A DNA stretch of 64,000 nucleotides from Planctomycetota bacterium (GCA_011321845.1 DROQ01000096.1:19510-83509); one strand, 5' to 3'; numbered from the stretch's first letter, positions 11,173 to 21,049 are shown. Translations and numbers: made by a program. Notes: generated from the letters alone by a model not told the origin.

Positions 11173-13434
11173 ATGGTCCGACGTCTTCCCTCGGTCTTCC
11201 CCATTCGAGCCCCCTTGACAGGCCTTTGCTCCACGCTGCTCCTGGCCGCGACCCTCCCCACGGTGGTGTTTCCTACCCCTGCCTGGGCCCAAGGAAAGAA
11301 GAAGGAATACAGGTTCGAACTCCCCAAGGGGTATCCCCGAGACCTTGTCCTGATTCCTGGTGGACCTGTCCATCTCGGAATCGATGGAAAAAAAGACCTG
11401 GAGCCCATCGCCGAACTGCATGCCAAGGGTCGTGAAGCGGAACTCAAAAAGGCCCGGAGGATTCAGGCCAGGGAGCTGGGGGACGAGAGGATCTTCCTAC
11501 CTTCCTTCTTCATCGGGAAGCACGAGGTCACCAACGCCCAATTCAGGGCCTACGTCCTGGCCCACCAGACCAAGAAGAAGGTCATGCGGGATGGCAAAGA
11601 GGTCACCATCACCATCAACCAGGTCCGATTCCCCTTCGACTGGTGGCCCCGAAAAAACCAGGACAAACAGCGCAAGCTGTATTACGCCAAGAACAAGGTG
11701 AGCAAGGCACCCCCCTTCCGCCCCATCGAATTCTGGAAGACCAACTACCAGGAACTGGAATGGAAGATGCCCAAGGGCAGGGAGAACTATCCGGCGCGCT
11801 ACATCTCCTACCGCGAAGCGCTTGGCTACTGCCGCTGGGCTGGACTCCGCCTCCCCACGGAACCCGAGTGGAACCGGGCACTGCGGGGTGACAAAAGCGA
11901 TCGCCTCCTCTGGGGCAAGGATTGGAAGTCCGCCAAGACCCTGGAGAGGTTGGGCTATGACAAGAAACGGAACCGGAGACTCCGTCCTGTCTGTCACGCG
12001 CCGGAATCCAAGTCGATCTTCGGCGTCGAAGACCTCCTGGGCGGGGTATGGGAATGGACCCAGTCTCCCTTCAAACCCTTTTCCGGCTTTGATTCCGCCT
12101 TCCGCTCCTACAACCGCGAGCTGAAGAGGCGCAAGAACCCCGTCCTCTTCCCCCCCACCTTCGACCCCACTAAGAGAGTCTGCCTCGGGGGCTCCTACGT
12201 CACAGCCTTACACCAGCCCATCCTCGCCTTTACCACGACGGCTCGTCTCGCCAAGGATCAGAGCGTTCTCTTCGAGGACCTGGGATTCCGCGTTGCCAAG
12301 TCCCCGCAACCGGGTTTCGACGCCTCCATCATCTGGGCGCTCGACCTCAACTCCGAACACATCGGGGAACGGGACATCGACCTGCCCAAGCGCAGTGAAC
12401 TCTCCCGCCTGGAGCGTGGCCAGAAACTGACCTTCGAGCAGCGTGGAATCGAGCGCTGGGATCTGGACCAGGAGAACCCGGAGATCATCCGGTCCTACCA
12501 CATGGTCTCCATCGTCCCCGTTCGCGAGCTGCCCTACACCAAGGAAAAGGAGTTTCTGGTTCGAACCTCCCAGATCGGCGACAAGAAGCACGTCGGTGCG
12601 CCCATCGCGGTGGTCTTCAGCTCCGAGACCATCAAGGTCAAGCAACCCACCCTCCCCGTGGGCAAACCCAGCATGGTGGCCCTCGAGAAAGGCATTTACT
12701 CCATTCACTTCCGTGGCGCGGGCCTCCCCCGGGAGTTGGAGGTCGCCCTGGGCGCCGGAGCCAAGTATCTCAAGCTCCACAAGAAACGCCCCAGCGTCGA
12801 GGCTCGAGAAGCCGCCGAGAAGGCCAAGGCCGAAGCGGAAGCCAAGAAGAAGGGCAAGTCCGTCAGCAAGAAGGCCAAGAAAAAGAAGGCTCCTAAGAAG
12901 CGCAAGAAAAAGACCCGCAAACCCAAAAGGAAGAGGTCCAAGAAGAAATCCAAGAAGCAGAGCAAGAAGGAGATCAGCGCCACCCTCAAGCTCATCGCAA
13001 AGAATTGGGAGCCCGTTGTCGACCGCTACGGCATGACGGACGAGGACATCAAGAACTATGGTTCCAAAAAGCTCCCCAAGACCATGGTCCTAAAACCGGG
13101 GAACCTGCGGGTCCCCACGGACCGGGCCATCCTCCTCTTCCGGGACAACAATGGGCAATACGTGGCTTGGACGCCCTACTCCAAGGCGATCATCCGCCAG
13201 GCGACCCGAAACAATCCTCCCAGCCTCCAGATGAACGCCGGCAACAACAGCCTGATCTATCGCGGGGGGCCACGGATCAAGCCCTCGGCCTTCCGCTTCC
13301 AGTTCGAGATTCCCTTGATCCTCGAGGACGGAACCTTGGACGAGAGCTGGATCAGCAAGAACCCCATCGAAAGCATGGGGAAGGGTCAAAAAAAAATTAA
13401 AGGCCCGAGCTTCAGCCCGAAACGACGAAAATAA
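11173..13434 (+). CDS. Secreted SUMF1/FGE-sulfatase domain protein with Lys-rich region
   Basis: HEVTNAQF, RLPTEPEW, LGGVWEW, LGFRVA; signal peptide ending AWA-Q. Confidence 0.8.
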   Translation: MVRRLPSVFPIRAPLTGLCSTLLLAATLPTVVFPTPAWAQGKKKEYRFELPKGYPRDLVLIPGGPVHLGIDGKKDLEPIAELHAKGREAELKKARRIQARELGDERIFLPSFFIGKHEVTNAQFRAYVLAHQTKKKVMRDGKEVTITINQVRFPFDWWPRKNQDKQRKLYYAKNKVSKAPPFRPIEFWKTNYQELEWKMPKGRENYPARYISYREALGYCRWAGLRLPTEPEWNRALRGDKSDRLLWGKDWKSAKTLERLGYDKKRNRRLRPVCHAPESKSIFGVEDLLGGVWEWTQSPFKPFSGFDSAFRSYNRELKRRKNPVLFPPTFDPTKRVCLGGSYVTALHQPILAFTTTARLAKDQSVLFEDLGFRVAKSPQPGFDASIIWALDLNSEHIGERDIDLPKRSELSRLERGQKLTFEQRGIERWDLDQENPEIIRSYHMVSIVPVRELPYTKEKEFLVRTSQIGDKKHVGAPIAVVFSSETIKVKQPTLPVGKPSMVALEKGIYSIHFRGAGLPRELEVALGAGAKYLKLHKKRPSVEAREAAEKAKAEAEAKKKGKSVSKKAKKKKAPKKRKKKTRKPKRKRSKKKSKKQSKKEISATLKLIAKNWEPVVDRYGMTDEDIKNYGSKKLPKTMVLKPGNLRVPTDRAILLFRDNNGQYVAWTPYSKAIIRQATRNNPPSLQMNAGNNSLIYRGGPRIKPSAFRFQFEIPLILEDGTLDESWISKNPIESMGKGQKKIKGPSFSPKRRK

Positions 13435-13502
13435 TCGAGAGTCTTGCCCCCCTTCCAAGGTGTTTCCGCCAAGTCTCCCGGCGGACACCAGATCCGGAAG
13501 GA

Positions 13503-16448
13503 CTATTTCAAAGCCTCGAGTTTTTGGAGAAGCGACCGAAAACGGGAGTTCCGGGGATAAGCCTTGACCAGCTTTCGAACCTGCTGGAGCCCCTCCTCCA
13601 GAACCTCATGTCCCTCCTTTTTCCTCCCATCGCTGAGGAGAGCTGCGGCGAGGTTCTGGGCGCCAATCGCGAATTTCCGCATCGCGATGGTGGACCTTGG
13701 ATTCCTCTGGAGGAGTTTCTTCTTGATGTCGAAGGCTTTTCGGAAAGCCTCCAGACCTTCCTTCCTTCTGCCCTGGATCCGATGGATGCGCCCAAGAAGG
13801 TTCAGAGAGCTTGCAAGACTGAAGAGGTAGGGGGTGTGCTCCACTTCTCTCTGGAGGAGTTCGGATTTGATCGCAATCGCCTCTTCGACCATTTTCCGGG
13901 AAGCGGCCCATTCCTTCCTTGATGCATGGAGGATCGCCGTATCATTCAGGATCTTGGCCCATTCATAGCGGTATCCGGCATTGGAGGGAGCCGCCTTGGA
14001 AATCTCTCGAGCCAACTCGAGCCCTCGCTTGTAGGCGACGAGGGCTTTGGCCTTGTCTTTTTTTCTTCGGAGCCAGTACCCTCCTAAGCCTCCCATAACC
14101 TTGAGAAAAAGCTCTTTTGCATCCAAGTCTTGGGGATGGGTTTTGCACCACTCTTCAAGCTCGCTTCGGGCGAATTCCAAATGGGATCGCCAAAGATCGT
14201 CCTCACCTCGATCCTTGGCGACTTTACTGAGGAAAAAAGCTCCCTCGCACATATGGATCAAACAGTTCGGTGTGTCCGGATACTTTCGCAAAATAGCCCG
14301 GCTCTCAGCGATCGAGCGACGCACCAGCCCCACCCCCTCCTTGTCACCCGCAGTCCGATGCAGAAACCTTCCAAGGAAATAAAGAGTCCTTGCCAGGATC
14401 ATTCCGACATTCGGATCCTCGGGCGCGAGTCTTTTCGCCTGCTCTGCAAGCTTCAAAGCCTTCCGCCCATAGGTGACCCCCTTGGCAACTTCGGTGGCCC
14501 CATCCTGCATCCCCATCAAGAGCAAGTTGGCCTTGGAAAGAACCGTCAAAACGCCAAGAGTCTTGGGACTTTTTTTCCCCTCTTCCAGGATCCGCTCGAA
14601 CCATTTCCTGACTTCGGGGAAGTGGGCGGCTTCCCGCTCCAGATAGGCCAGAGACAGCATGGTCTGGAAATAGAGTTCACCTGCCCTTCCCGTTCTTTCC
14701 GGGAGTTGCTCAAACGTTTGCAAGGCGGCCTCCAACTCCCGCCGGGCCATTCCTTCCTTCCCTTGGATCCGGAGTCCCTCTCCCTGAAGGCTTCGGATCG
14801 TCGCCCCCTCCAAGAGGATGCGATCCCTCTCCCCGGAAGACTTGGCCCTGGGTAGGAGACTCGCAACCAACCGCCTGGCCTCATCCCAATACTGGTCCCT
14901 CTTCTTTGGATCCAACTCCTGAGCCCAGGACATCAAGCTGCTCAGGACCTGGAGGCGTGAAAGCTTCAACTCCCCATCGAGAGAGAAATCCTGGAGGCCC
15001 CTGTAAAAACGATCCGCTTCCTGAAGGAGGGCCCGGCGAATCGCCTTGGTCTGGGGGGTTCGCGCAAAATCCTCCTTGGCCGCTTTGACGAGAAAACGGT
15101 CCACTGCTCCTTTGGCCAGCCCGAAGGCCTTCAAGGCCTGTTGTTTTTCATGCTCCAACTGCTCCCTGGCCTTGGACTCTTGGTAGAGCAGCCCCATGGG
15201 AAGGAGTCCAAAGGCAACGAAGGCGGCCAGGCCTCCAAAAGCGCGGGACGGGTGCCTTCGGGACCAACGTGAAAGCCTGAGCGCAAGATTGGGCCGGCGG
15301 GCCCGAACCCCCTCCCTCCGAAGGAAGCGACCCAGATCCTGGGCAAAGCTCTTCATGGAGGAATAGCGCCGTTCCGGATCCACATCGATCGCCTTCATGG
15401 TGATCGCCTCGAGATCTCTGGGGATCCCTGGGGCGAGTGTTCTCAGGGGAGAGGGGGTTCCCGCGGCGATGGACTTCTGGATCTCTTGGGGACTCTTCCC
15501 CTGGAAGGGAAGCTGCAGAGAAAGAGCTTCATAGAGAGTGATCCCAAGGGAATAGATGTCACTCTGCACTCCCAGAGCCCTGGAACCTTCTTTGTGAAGC
15601 TCCGGAGGCATATAGGCAGGCGAACCCAAGACCGCCCCCGAGACGGTGAGATCCTTGGACCTCTCTTCGCGGGCCAGGCCGAAATCGACCACAAAGACCC
15701 GGCCATCCACCGTAAGCATCAGGTTGGAAGGTTTCAGATCCCGGTGGAGGACCCCTCTGGAATGCGCGTGATCCATAGCAAGGCAAACCCGGTGGAACAC
15801 ATGGGCGATCGCCCTGGGCCAATTCTCCTCCTCGAGACCCTGACGTTCGGGTCCCGGCTCCAGGGCTACGTCCTCCCCCCAGGAAAAACGCTGGGCCTTC
15901 TGTTCGGTCAGCCGGAGGAGGGTCTGGGACAAGGTCTCTCCCCCGAGATCCGAAACCCTGCTCTCGGAAAGCTCGGCGAGGATCTCCGCCAGAGAAGCTC
16001 CGTGGACCAAGGTCATCGCGAAAAAGGGGATCCCCTTTTCCTCGCCGACGGAGAGGACAGGAAGGATTCCGGGATGGTGGAGCTTGGAAACCGCCTGGAT
16101 CTCTCTCCGGAAGCGCTCCTTCCCCCCCTCGAAGAACAAATGCTCCGGCCGCACGACTTTGAGGGCGACCCAGCGGTCGAGGCCCTTTTGGCGGGCTGCG
16201 AAGACCACCCCCATTCCCCCATCGCCCAGGCGCTCCACCAGCTCGAACTCTCCCATCTCATGGGGGATCTCGGAGAAGGAGCCAACTCCCACAAAGCCCA
16301 TTCCAGTGAGTCGGCGCACCATCCGGAGGAGGTCCTTCTTCTCCCCGGGGTGTTCCTCCACAAAGGCCCGGAACGCACTCTCACCCTCGGTTTCAAGCTT
16401 GGATACAGCTTGAAAGACCAATTCTTCGATCTTTGGAGAAGGGTTCAC
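13503..16448 (-). CDS. Hanks-type Ser/Thr protein kinase with TM segment and TPR C-terminus
   Basis: LGDGGMGVV, VALK, HRDLKPSN, DFG, GSPAYMPPE, SDIYSLG; hydrophobic segment followed by TPR-like helices. Confidence 0.93.
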   Translation of the reverse strand: MNPSPKIEELVFQAVSKLETEGESAFRAFVEEHPGEKKDLLRMVRRLTGMGFVGVGSFSEIPHEMGEFELVERLGDGGMGVVFAARQKGLDRWVALKVVRPEHLFFEGGKERFRREIQAVSKLHHPGILPVLSVGEEKGIPFFAMTLVHGASLAEILAELSESRVSDLGGETLSQTLLRLTEQKAQRFSWGEDVALEPGPERQGLEEENWPRAIAHVFHRVCLAMDHAHSRGVLHRDLKPSNLMLTVDGRVFVVDFGLAREERSKDLTVSGAVLGSPAYMPPELHKEGSRALGVQSDIYSLGITLYEALSLQLPFQGKSPQEIQKSIAAGTPSPLRTLAPGIPRDLEAITMKAIDVDPERRYSSMKSFAQDLGRFLRREGVRARRPNLALRLSRWSRRHPSRAFGGLAAFVAFGLLPMGLLYQESKAREQLEHEKQQALKAFGLAKGAVDRFLVKAAKEDFARTPQTKAIRRALLQEADRFYRGLQDFSLDGELKLSRLQVLSSLMSWAQELDPKKRDQYWDEARRLVASLLPRAKSSGERDRILLEGATIRSLQGEGLRIQGKEGMARRELEAALQTFEQLPERTGRAGELYFQTMLSLAYLEREAAHFPEVRKWFERILEEGKKSPKTLGVLTVLSKANLLLMGMQDGATEVAKGVTYGRKALKLAEQAKRLAPEDPNVGMILARTLYFLGRFLHRTAGDKEGVGLVRRSIAESRAILRKYPDTPNCLIHMCEGAFFLSKVAKDRGEDDLWRSHLEFARSELEEWCKTHPQDLDAKELFLKVMGGLGGYWLRRKKDKAKALVAYKRGLELAREISKAAPSNAGYRYEWAKILNDTAILHASRKEWAASRKMVEEAIAIKSELLQREVEHTPYLFSLASSLNLLGRIHRIQGRRKEGLEAFRKAFDIKKKLLQRNPRSTIAMRKFAIGAQNLAAALLSDGRKKEGHEVLEEGLQQVRKLVKAYPRNSRFRSLLQKLEALK

Positions 16449-16495
16449 GACATCGGGTCCCTTGGGAAAATTCGGATTGTTATGATAGGCCGCAC

Positions 16496-17125
16496 ATGGA
16501 CCACATGCGAAAAACCGTTCTGGACGCCAGCAGAGGGGATCCCAAGTCGATTGACACCCTCCTCCAACAGAACCTCGCGGACCTCCATCTTTTCGTCCAG
16601 GCCAAAATGGGTCCTAAACTCTTGAGCCGGGAATCCACTTCGGATCTCGTACAATCGGTTTGCCGCGAAGTCCTCCAGGAGATGAAGGATTTCGAGTTCA
16701 GGGGCCTTCCCGCCTTCCGAGCCTGGTTGTTTCGTAAAGCCCTCCACAAGATCGTGGACAAGGCCCGCTACCATGGAGCGGAAAAGAGAGATCCAAACAA
16801 GGAACAAAGCCTGGTTCCACAGGAAAACGGGGATGCATCCCGAATGGAGTCTCTCTCTTCCCGGGAGGGAGGGCTCATGGATTCCCTGAGCCCTAGCCGA
16901 ATCGCCATGGAGCGGGAGCATTTGGAAAAACTAGAGGCCTGTCTCCACGCCCTCCCCGAGGACTACCGAGAGGCGATCCTTCAAACCAAGCTGATTGGAA
17001 GATCCTACAAGGAGTTGGCCCAGGAATGGAACCGGAGCGAGGGGGCCGTGCGAAACCTCGTCTATCGAGGCCTCGCACGCTTGGCCCTCCTCTTGGAGGA
17101 AGAAGGGCTCCCCCCTCTTACTTGA
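16496..17125 (+). CDS. ECF-type RNA polymerase sigma factor (planctomycete-like)
   Basis: SDLVQ region 2, FRAWL, region 4 LPEDYREAI..SYKELA..SEGAVR. Confidence 0.9.
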   Translation: MDHMRKTVLDASRGDPKSIDTLLQQNLADLHLFVQAKMGPKLLSRESTSDLVQSVCREVLQEMKDFEFRGLPAFRAWLFRKALHKIVDKARYHGAEKRDPNKEQSLVPQENGDASRMESLSSREGGLMDSLSPSRIAMEREHLEKLEACLHALPEDYREAILQTKLIGRSYKELAQEWNRSEGAVRNLVYRGLARLALLLEEEGLPPLT

Positions 17126-18179
17126 CCTCGAAGATCTGGATGTTCCCATTATTCCTGTAGTAAGAACCTCTCGAAGCACTCAGGATGCTGGTCTGAATCA
17201 TGAAAGACGGTGGTGCAGCCCCGATCTTTACCGAAGCTCCATTGGAAGTCACATACCCAGCGGCATTCGCGAATAGATCCAGGCTGAGCACCTGTGTGAA
17301 GACTTCCACTCCATAGAGCCTTGTATCCTTCGGAAGGAGGAGTTTTTTCGTTCCATTCCCCCCGGTGTTCGTGGTGAAGGAGAGGGGAAGTTGGATGTCC
17401 ACAAAGAGCTTGCAACCCTTCGCCCCCAAAAAGTCCAAGGAAAGAGGAAGGGGAATGCTTCCATTCAGTTTTGTTTTCGAAATCCCATAGAAAATGAGGC
17501 CGCCGCTTGAAGCGGGAGCACTGGACAGGCTGGCTGTCAGGTTTCCTCCAATGGCGACGGGGGACATCCGGAGAAACGGGCTCTTTTTCGAGGAGCCGGG
17601 GCAGCCCTTTCCAAAGGTGGAAACCGGAGAAAACACGCCTGCATAGTCCACAGGATAAATAAACTTCTTGTTCCCATTGGAATTCGCGTAGATCACGTAT
17701 TCGAGGACCAGATTTTTTGTGGAGTCGTATTTATAGGGTTTGTCCAGAGGAATCAGGATCATCTTCTTGGAAGGGGCCTTGGGCGGAACGGAGAAGGTGG
17801 GAAGGCTGAAAATCTTCTTCCGGTAAACCTCCTGGCGAGCGGTGGTGTAGGCAGCAGCGAAATTCTGGTCAAGCTTGGCAAGAGGCTTGATGGTCTGCCC
17901 CATGAAGATTTGGAGCTGAATTTTCTTTCCGGAAACCGCTTGAAACCCATCCTGCCGGAACCCGACCTTCTGAATCATCCCCCCATTGGGGATGGTGATT
18001 CCCCATTTGTCGAAAACAAAAAGGGTGCGGTTGACTCCCGCGGTGAGGGGGCAGGTATTGGCGGCATAGCCTTCTCTGTTGGCGTGATCCTTGGGAAAAA
18101 CGTGGACTGTCTGCCCCATGGCTTGGGGAAGAAGGCCCCCCAAGAAAAGACCAAGAAAGGTAAAACGGAGATTCATCAT
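17118..18179 (-). CDS. Hypothetical secreted protein
   Basis: Signal peptide ending AMG-Q; carries a domain similar to the ELWxxDGT protein C-terminus. Confidence 0.75.
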   Translation of the reverse strand: MMNLRFTFLGLFLGGLLPQAMGQTVHVFPKDHANREGYAANTCPLTAGVNRTLFVFDKWGITIPNGGMIQKVGFRQDGFQAVSGKKIQLQIFMGQTIKPLAKLDQNFAAAYTTARQEVYRKKIFSLPTFSVPPKAPSKKMILIPLDKPYKYDSTKNLVLEYVIYANSNGNKKFIYPVDYAGVFSPVSTFGKGCPGSSKKSPFLRMSPVAIGGNLTASLSSAPASSGGLIFYGISKTKLNGSIPLPLSLDFLGAKGCKLFVDIQLPLSFTTNTGGNGTKKLLLPKDTRLYGVEVFTQVLSLDLFANAAGYVTSNGASVKIGAAPPSFMIQTSILSASRGSYYRNNGNIQIFEVK

Positions 18180-18286
18180 GCTTTTTTCCTGTTTTGAAAC
18201 AATGAGGGATGGAACGAGAGGGAAGGGTGGAATCCCTCCCACAACAGGAAAAAGCGAAATCCCGAAGAGACTGTCACAGGGAGATG

Positions 18287-18315
18287 AAAAAAAAAAAGCG
18301 GGAATCCCCTCCCAC
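18287..18315 (-). terminator. Intrinsic terminator-like hairpin plus T11 in the leader of 17118-18179
   Basis: Minus strand GTGGGA-GGGGAT-TCCCGC followed by 11 T. Confidence 0.55.
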
Positions 18316-18504
18316 TGCGAACCAGTGCTGTCCAAGATCATCCACCCCTCTCTCTGAAACCCCCCTCCATCCTCCTGGGAATCCGCATTCTAAGGCCAAA
18401 ACTTCACCCTCCGAAATCAGGTTCCCCTTTTCCGCTGTCCAAGTTTTGGGGCTTCAACATGAAGTCTTGGCGCTTGGAGAAAGGCGATCTTGGACAGGCC
18501 CGAG

Positions 18505-18690
18505 TGCGAGCATCGATGCCGGATCCCATTTCGAGGCGTTTCCGCTCGCTTCGATACTGCAAGCTCGGTTGGGCCGAGAATGAGACATGGATGCGGAATC
18601 AGACTCCGAGGCGATAAAGCGCAGAAGCATTCCCCAGGCTCGGTTTTACTTTGGATGAGGCATGAATGCCGGATCAAACTTCAAGGCAAT
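18505..18690. repeat. Degenerate 75-bp-period tandem repeat (about 2.5 units)
   Basis: 30-nt cores at 18511, 18586 and 18661 (22-23/30 pairwise identity); A(A/G)GCTCGGTT at 18561 and 18636. Confidence 0.6.
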
Positions 18691-19532
18691 GCAGTCCCCT
18701 GGCCCTTCTCTGGTTCTTTGGGCTCATCCAGTGGTGAAACCAGGGTTGCCAAGGAACAATCCTTGGGACGAGGGGCTCCGGGCCAGTCGAGCCTGCTCGC
18801 CTCCTGGATCAGGGATACATCACAACCGGCCCTCTCGGCAAGCATCCACCCCAACTGGAACCGCGAAAGCGCCTTGGGGCCGGGGAGATGCTGGATCCCT
18901 TTGCGCTCCGGTTTCATCGCCAGGTCCACCAGAGTCTCGGCAGCGGTAGAGACCTCGAGAGGAGTTCGGATTTCGTCGGAGAAGAGTCGGACCCTTTCTC
19001 CTTTCCTGAGGGAATGGAGCAAAGGGTCGCTTGCCCCGTGCCTGCCATCGAAAGAAGGACCGTAGAGAAGAGGAAGCCTCAGAACCAGGTTGTTTGCGTC
19101 CTCGAGAACGAAGTCCTCCCCGGCCGCCTTGGTCTCGCCATAGACCATCAGGGGTTTGGGGAGGGCCTTTTCATCGTAGGGAGGGTGCTCTCCATCGAAG
19201 ACCAGGTCGGTCGAAGTGAAGACCATCCGCCCCCCGAGGGAGCGGATGCATTGGGCGAGGGCTCCTGTGGACTCCACATTGACCCGAGAGGCGTCCTCGG
19301 GTTTTTCCTGGCATTCGGAGACTTTGCTCATGGCCGCGAGATGCAGGAGAAGGAGGTCTTGATCTTCACTCCCGTATTTCCGCAGGAAACGCTCCTCGAT
19401 CTGAAAGGGCCAGAACAGATCGAATCCTTGGGCCCTTCCCAAGAGTTCGTAGGCGAGTCCCCGTTTCTCCAGGGCCTTGAGGACCTCGTGGCCCAGATAG
19501 CCCGTTCCTCCAGTCACCAGGATTTGCGGCAC
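18681..19532 (-). CDS. RmlD-like extended SDR (dTDP-4-dehydrorhamnose reductase family)
   Basis: TGGTGYLG, STDLVFDG, YGETK, FSDEIRTP. Confidence 0.85.
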   Translation of the reverse strand: MPQILVTGGTGYLGHEVLKALEKRGLAYELLGRAQGFDLFWPFQIEERFLRKYGSEDQDLLLLHLAAMSKVSECQEKPEDASRVNVESTGALAQCIRSLGGRMVFTSTDLVFDGEHPPYDEKALPKPLMVYGETKAAGEDFVLEDANNLVLRLPLLYGPSFDGRHGASDPLLHSLRKGERVRLFSDEIRTPLEVSTAAETLVDLAMKPERKGIQHLPGPKALSRFQLGWMLAERAGCDVSLIQEASRLDWPGAPRPKDCSLATLVSPLDEPKEPEKGQGTALP

Positions 19533-19543
19533 GACCCAGACTC

Positions 19544-21019
19544 CTAAACCGGTGTGGATGCAACGGGCACCGAGTCCGGGACGAACTCGGGATAGAGACG
19601 GCGGGAGAGATTGGTCTGGAGGAGTCCCTTGGGGTCCAGTTTTCGTTTGAGCGCGAGAAAGGCCTCCAGGTTCTCCCTCGGGAAGAAGCGATGGGCGCTG
19701 GAGGGCTCCAGAGTGGCGTCCTTGGCGAAGTAGAATTTACCGCCCGCCTCGAGGACGACCTCGTCCATCTTGTGGCAGTGGTACCAGAGCCGTTCCCGGT
19801 TCTGGTCGGTGACCTTGAAATCCATGGCGAAGGAGAAGCCGTCGATGGCGTGGGTGAGGAGGAAGGGGTCGGGGCGGTGGCGCTTGTAGACACCGAGGTA
19901 GGGGATGAGGCCGTCGCGATGGCACATGCGGAGCAGCTCCGTGTGCACGCGGGTGGCGTTCTCCTTGGGGACGAAGGACTGGTATTGGATGAGACCGCCG
20001 GGGAGGTAGGCCTTCTTCCAATCGGGGACGTAGTCGAGGAGAAAGTTGAAGGCAGCGTGGCCCTGTTGGTAGGGCTTGCCCCGGGTTTGCCCCCGGGTGC
20101 CCATGTGGAACTTGGCCGCGTTGACCAGGCGCATTCCAAAGTCGTTCATGAAGAACTTGAGTCCATGCCACATCCATCCCTTGGGGATGACCCCGAACAG
20201 GCGCTTGGGCAGGTCCTGGGCCTGCTCGTCGAGCATGGCCCTCGGGTTGGGATCCTCGCCCTCCTCGAGGTAGCGGGCTGCGTGGATGAGGCCTCGACCG
20301 AGGCGCTTTCCCCGGGGGAAGCAGTCGATCCAACCCACGAGGTAATCATAGTCATCCCGATGCTCGTCCAGATAGCAGGCCATGTGTTCCAGCGTCGGTG
20401 TTGAGACAGCCTCGACCTCCACCTTGCCGGAGTAGATCTTTTTGAGACGCATGCGGATTTCCAAAAAGCAGCCCAGCATCCCAAAGCCGGAGATCGCCGC
20501 GAAGAACAGCTCTTCGTTCTCCTCGCGGCTGCAATGGTGCACCTCCCCGTCCAAGGTCATGAACTTGAAGGAGAGGACGTGCTCGCCGACGGTGCCGTAC
20601 TTCCAGTTGTTCTTGCCGTGCACATTCATGGAGAGGAGACCGCCGTAGGTGGGGTACATGGTTCCCGACACGACGGGAGGCCAGTAGCTCTTGGAGATCA
20701 CACTGCGCCAGACCTTCTCGATCGTGACGCCCGGTTCCATGACAATGATTCCGCTCTCCTCGTCGAAGGAACGAATCCTGTCGAACTGACTGAGATCCAG
20801 GAGGATGCCGTCTCCATTCTGGGAGGCGTCCCCGTAGCTGCATCCCGCACCTCGAAACCCCACGGCCACTCCGTTCTCTCGCGCGAAGGCGAAGATCCTG
20901 GCGACATCCTCCTGGCTCTTGGGATGGACGACCACGGAGTTGGAACGGGTGGACATACCCCAGCCCTCGACCTCCTCCGGGACGATCCCGAGTTTCGCTG
21001 CGATTTCGATCAGATCCAT
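19544..21019 (-). CDS. FAD-binding oxidoreductase, DprE1-like
   Basis: RGAGCSYGDAS, PPVVSGT, VHGKN, QYQSFVP, GGKFYFAKD, DPKGLLQTNLSRRL. Confidence 0.85.
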   Translation of the reverse strand: MDLIEIAAKLGIVPEEVEGWGMSTRSNSVVVHPKSQEDVARIFAFARENGVAVGFRGAGCSYGDASQNGDGILLDLSQFDRIRSFDEESGIIVMEPGVTIEKVWRSVISKSYWPPVVSGTMYPTYGGLLSMNVHGKNNWKYGTVGEHVLSFKFMTLDGEVHHCSREENEELFFAAISGFGMLGCFLEIRMRLKKIYSGKVEVEAVSTPTLEHMACYLDEHRDDYDYLVGWIDCFPRGKRLGRGLIHAARYLEEGEDPNPRAMLDEQAQDLPKRLFGVIPKGWMWHGLKFFMNDFGMRLVNAAKFHMGTRGQTRGKPYQQGHAAFNFLLDYVPDWKKAYLPGGLIQYQSFVPKENATRVHTELLRMCHRDGLIPYLGVYKRHRPDPFLLTHAIDGFSFAMDFKVTDQNRERLWYHCHKMDEVVLEAGGKFYFAKDATLEPSSAHRFFPRENLEAFLALKRKLDPKGLLQTNLSRRLYPEFVPDSVPVASTPV

Positions 21020-21049
21020 GCTTCTCTTATATCGGCTGGACTCTGGGAC

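Noticed and set aside
18505-18690. CRISPR array interpretation of the 75-bp repeat
   Set aside because: Only three units about 75% identical, spacers partly similar to each other, and no cas genes in the window
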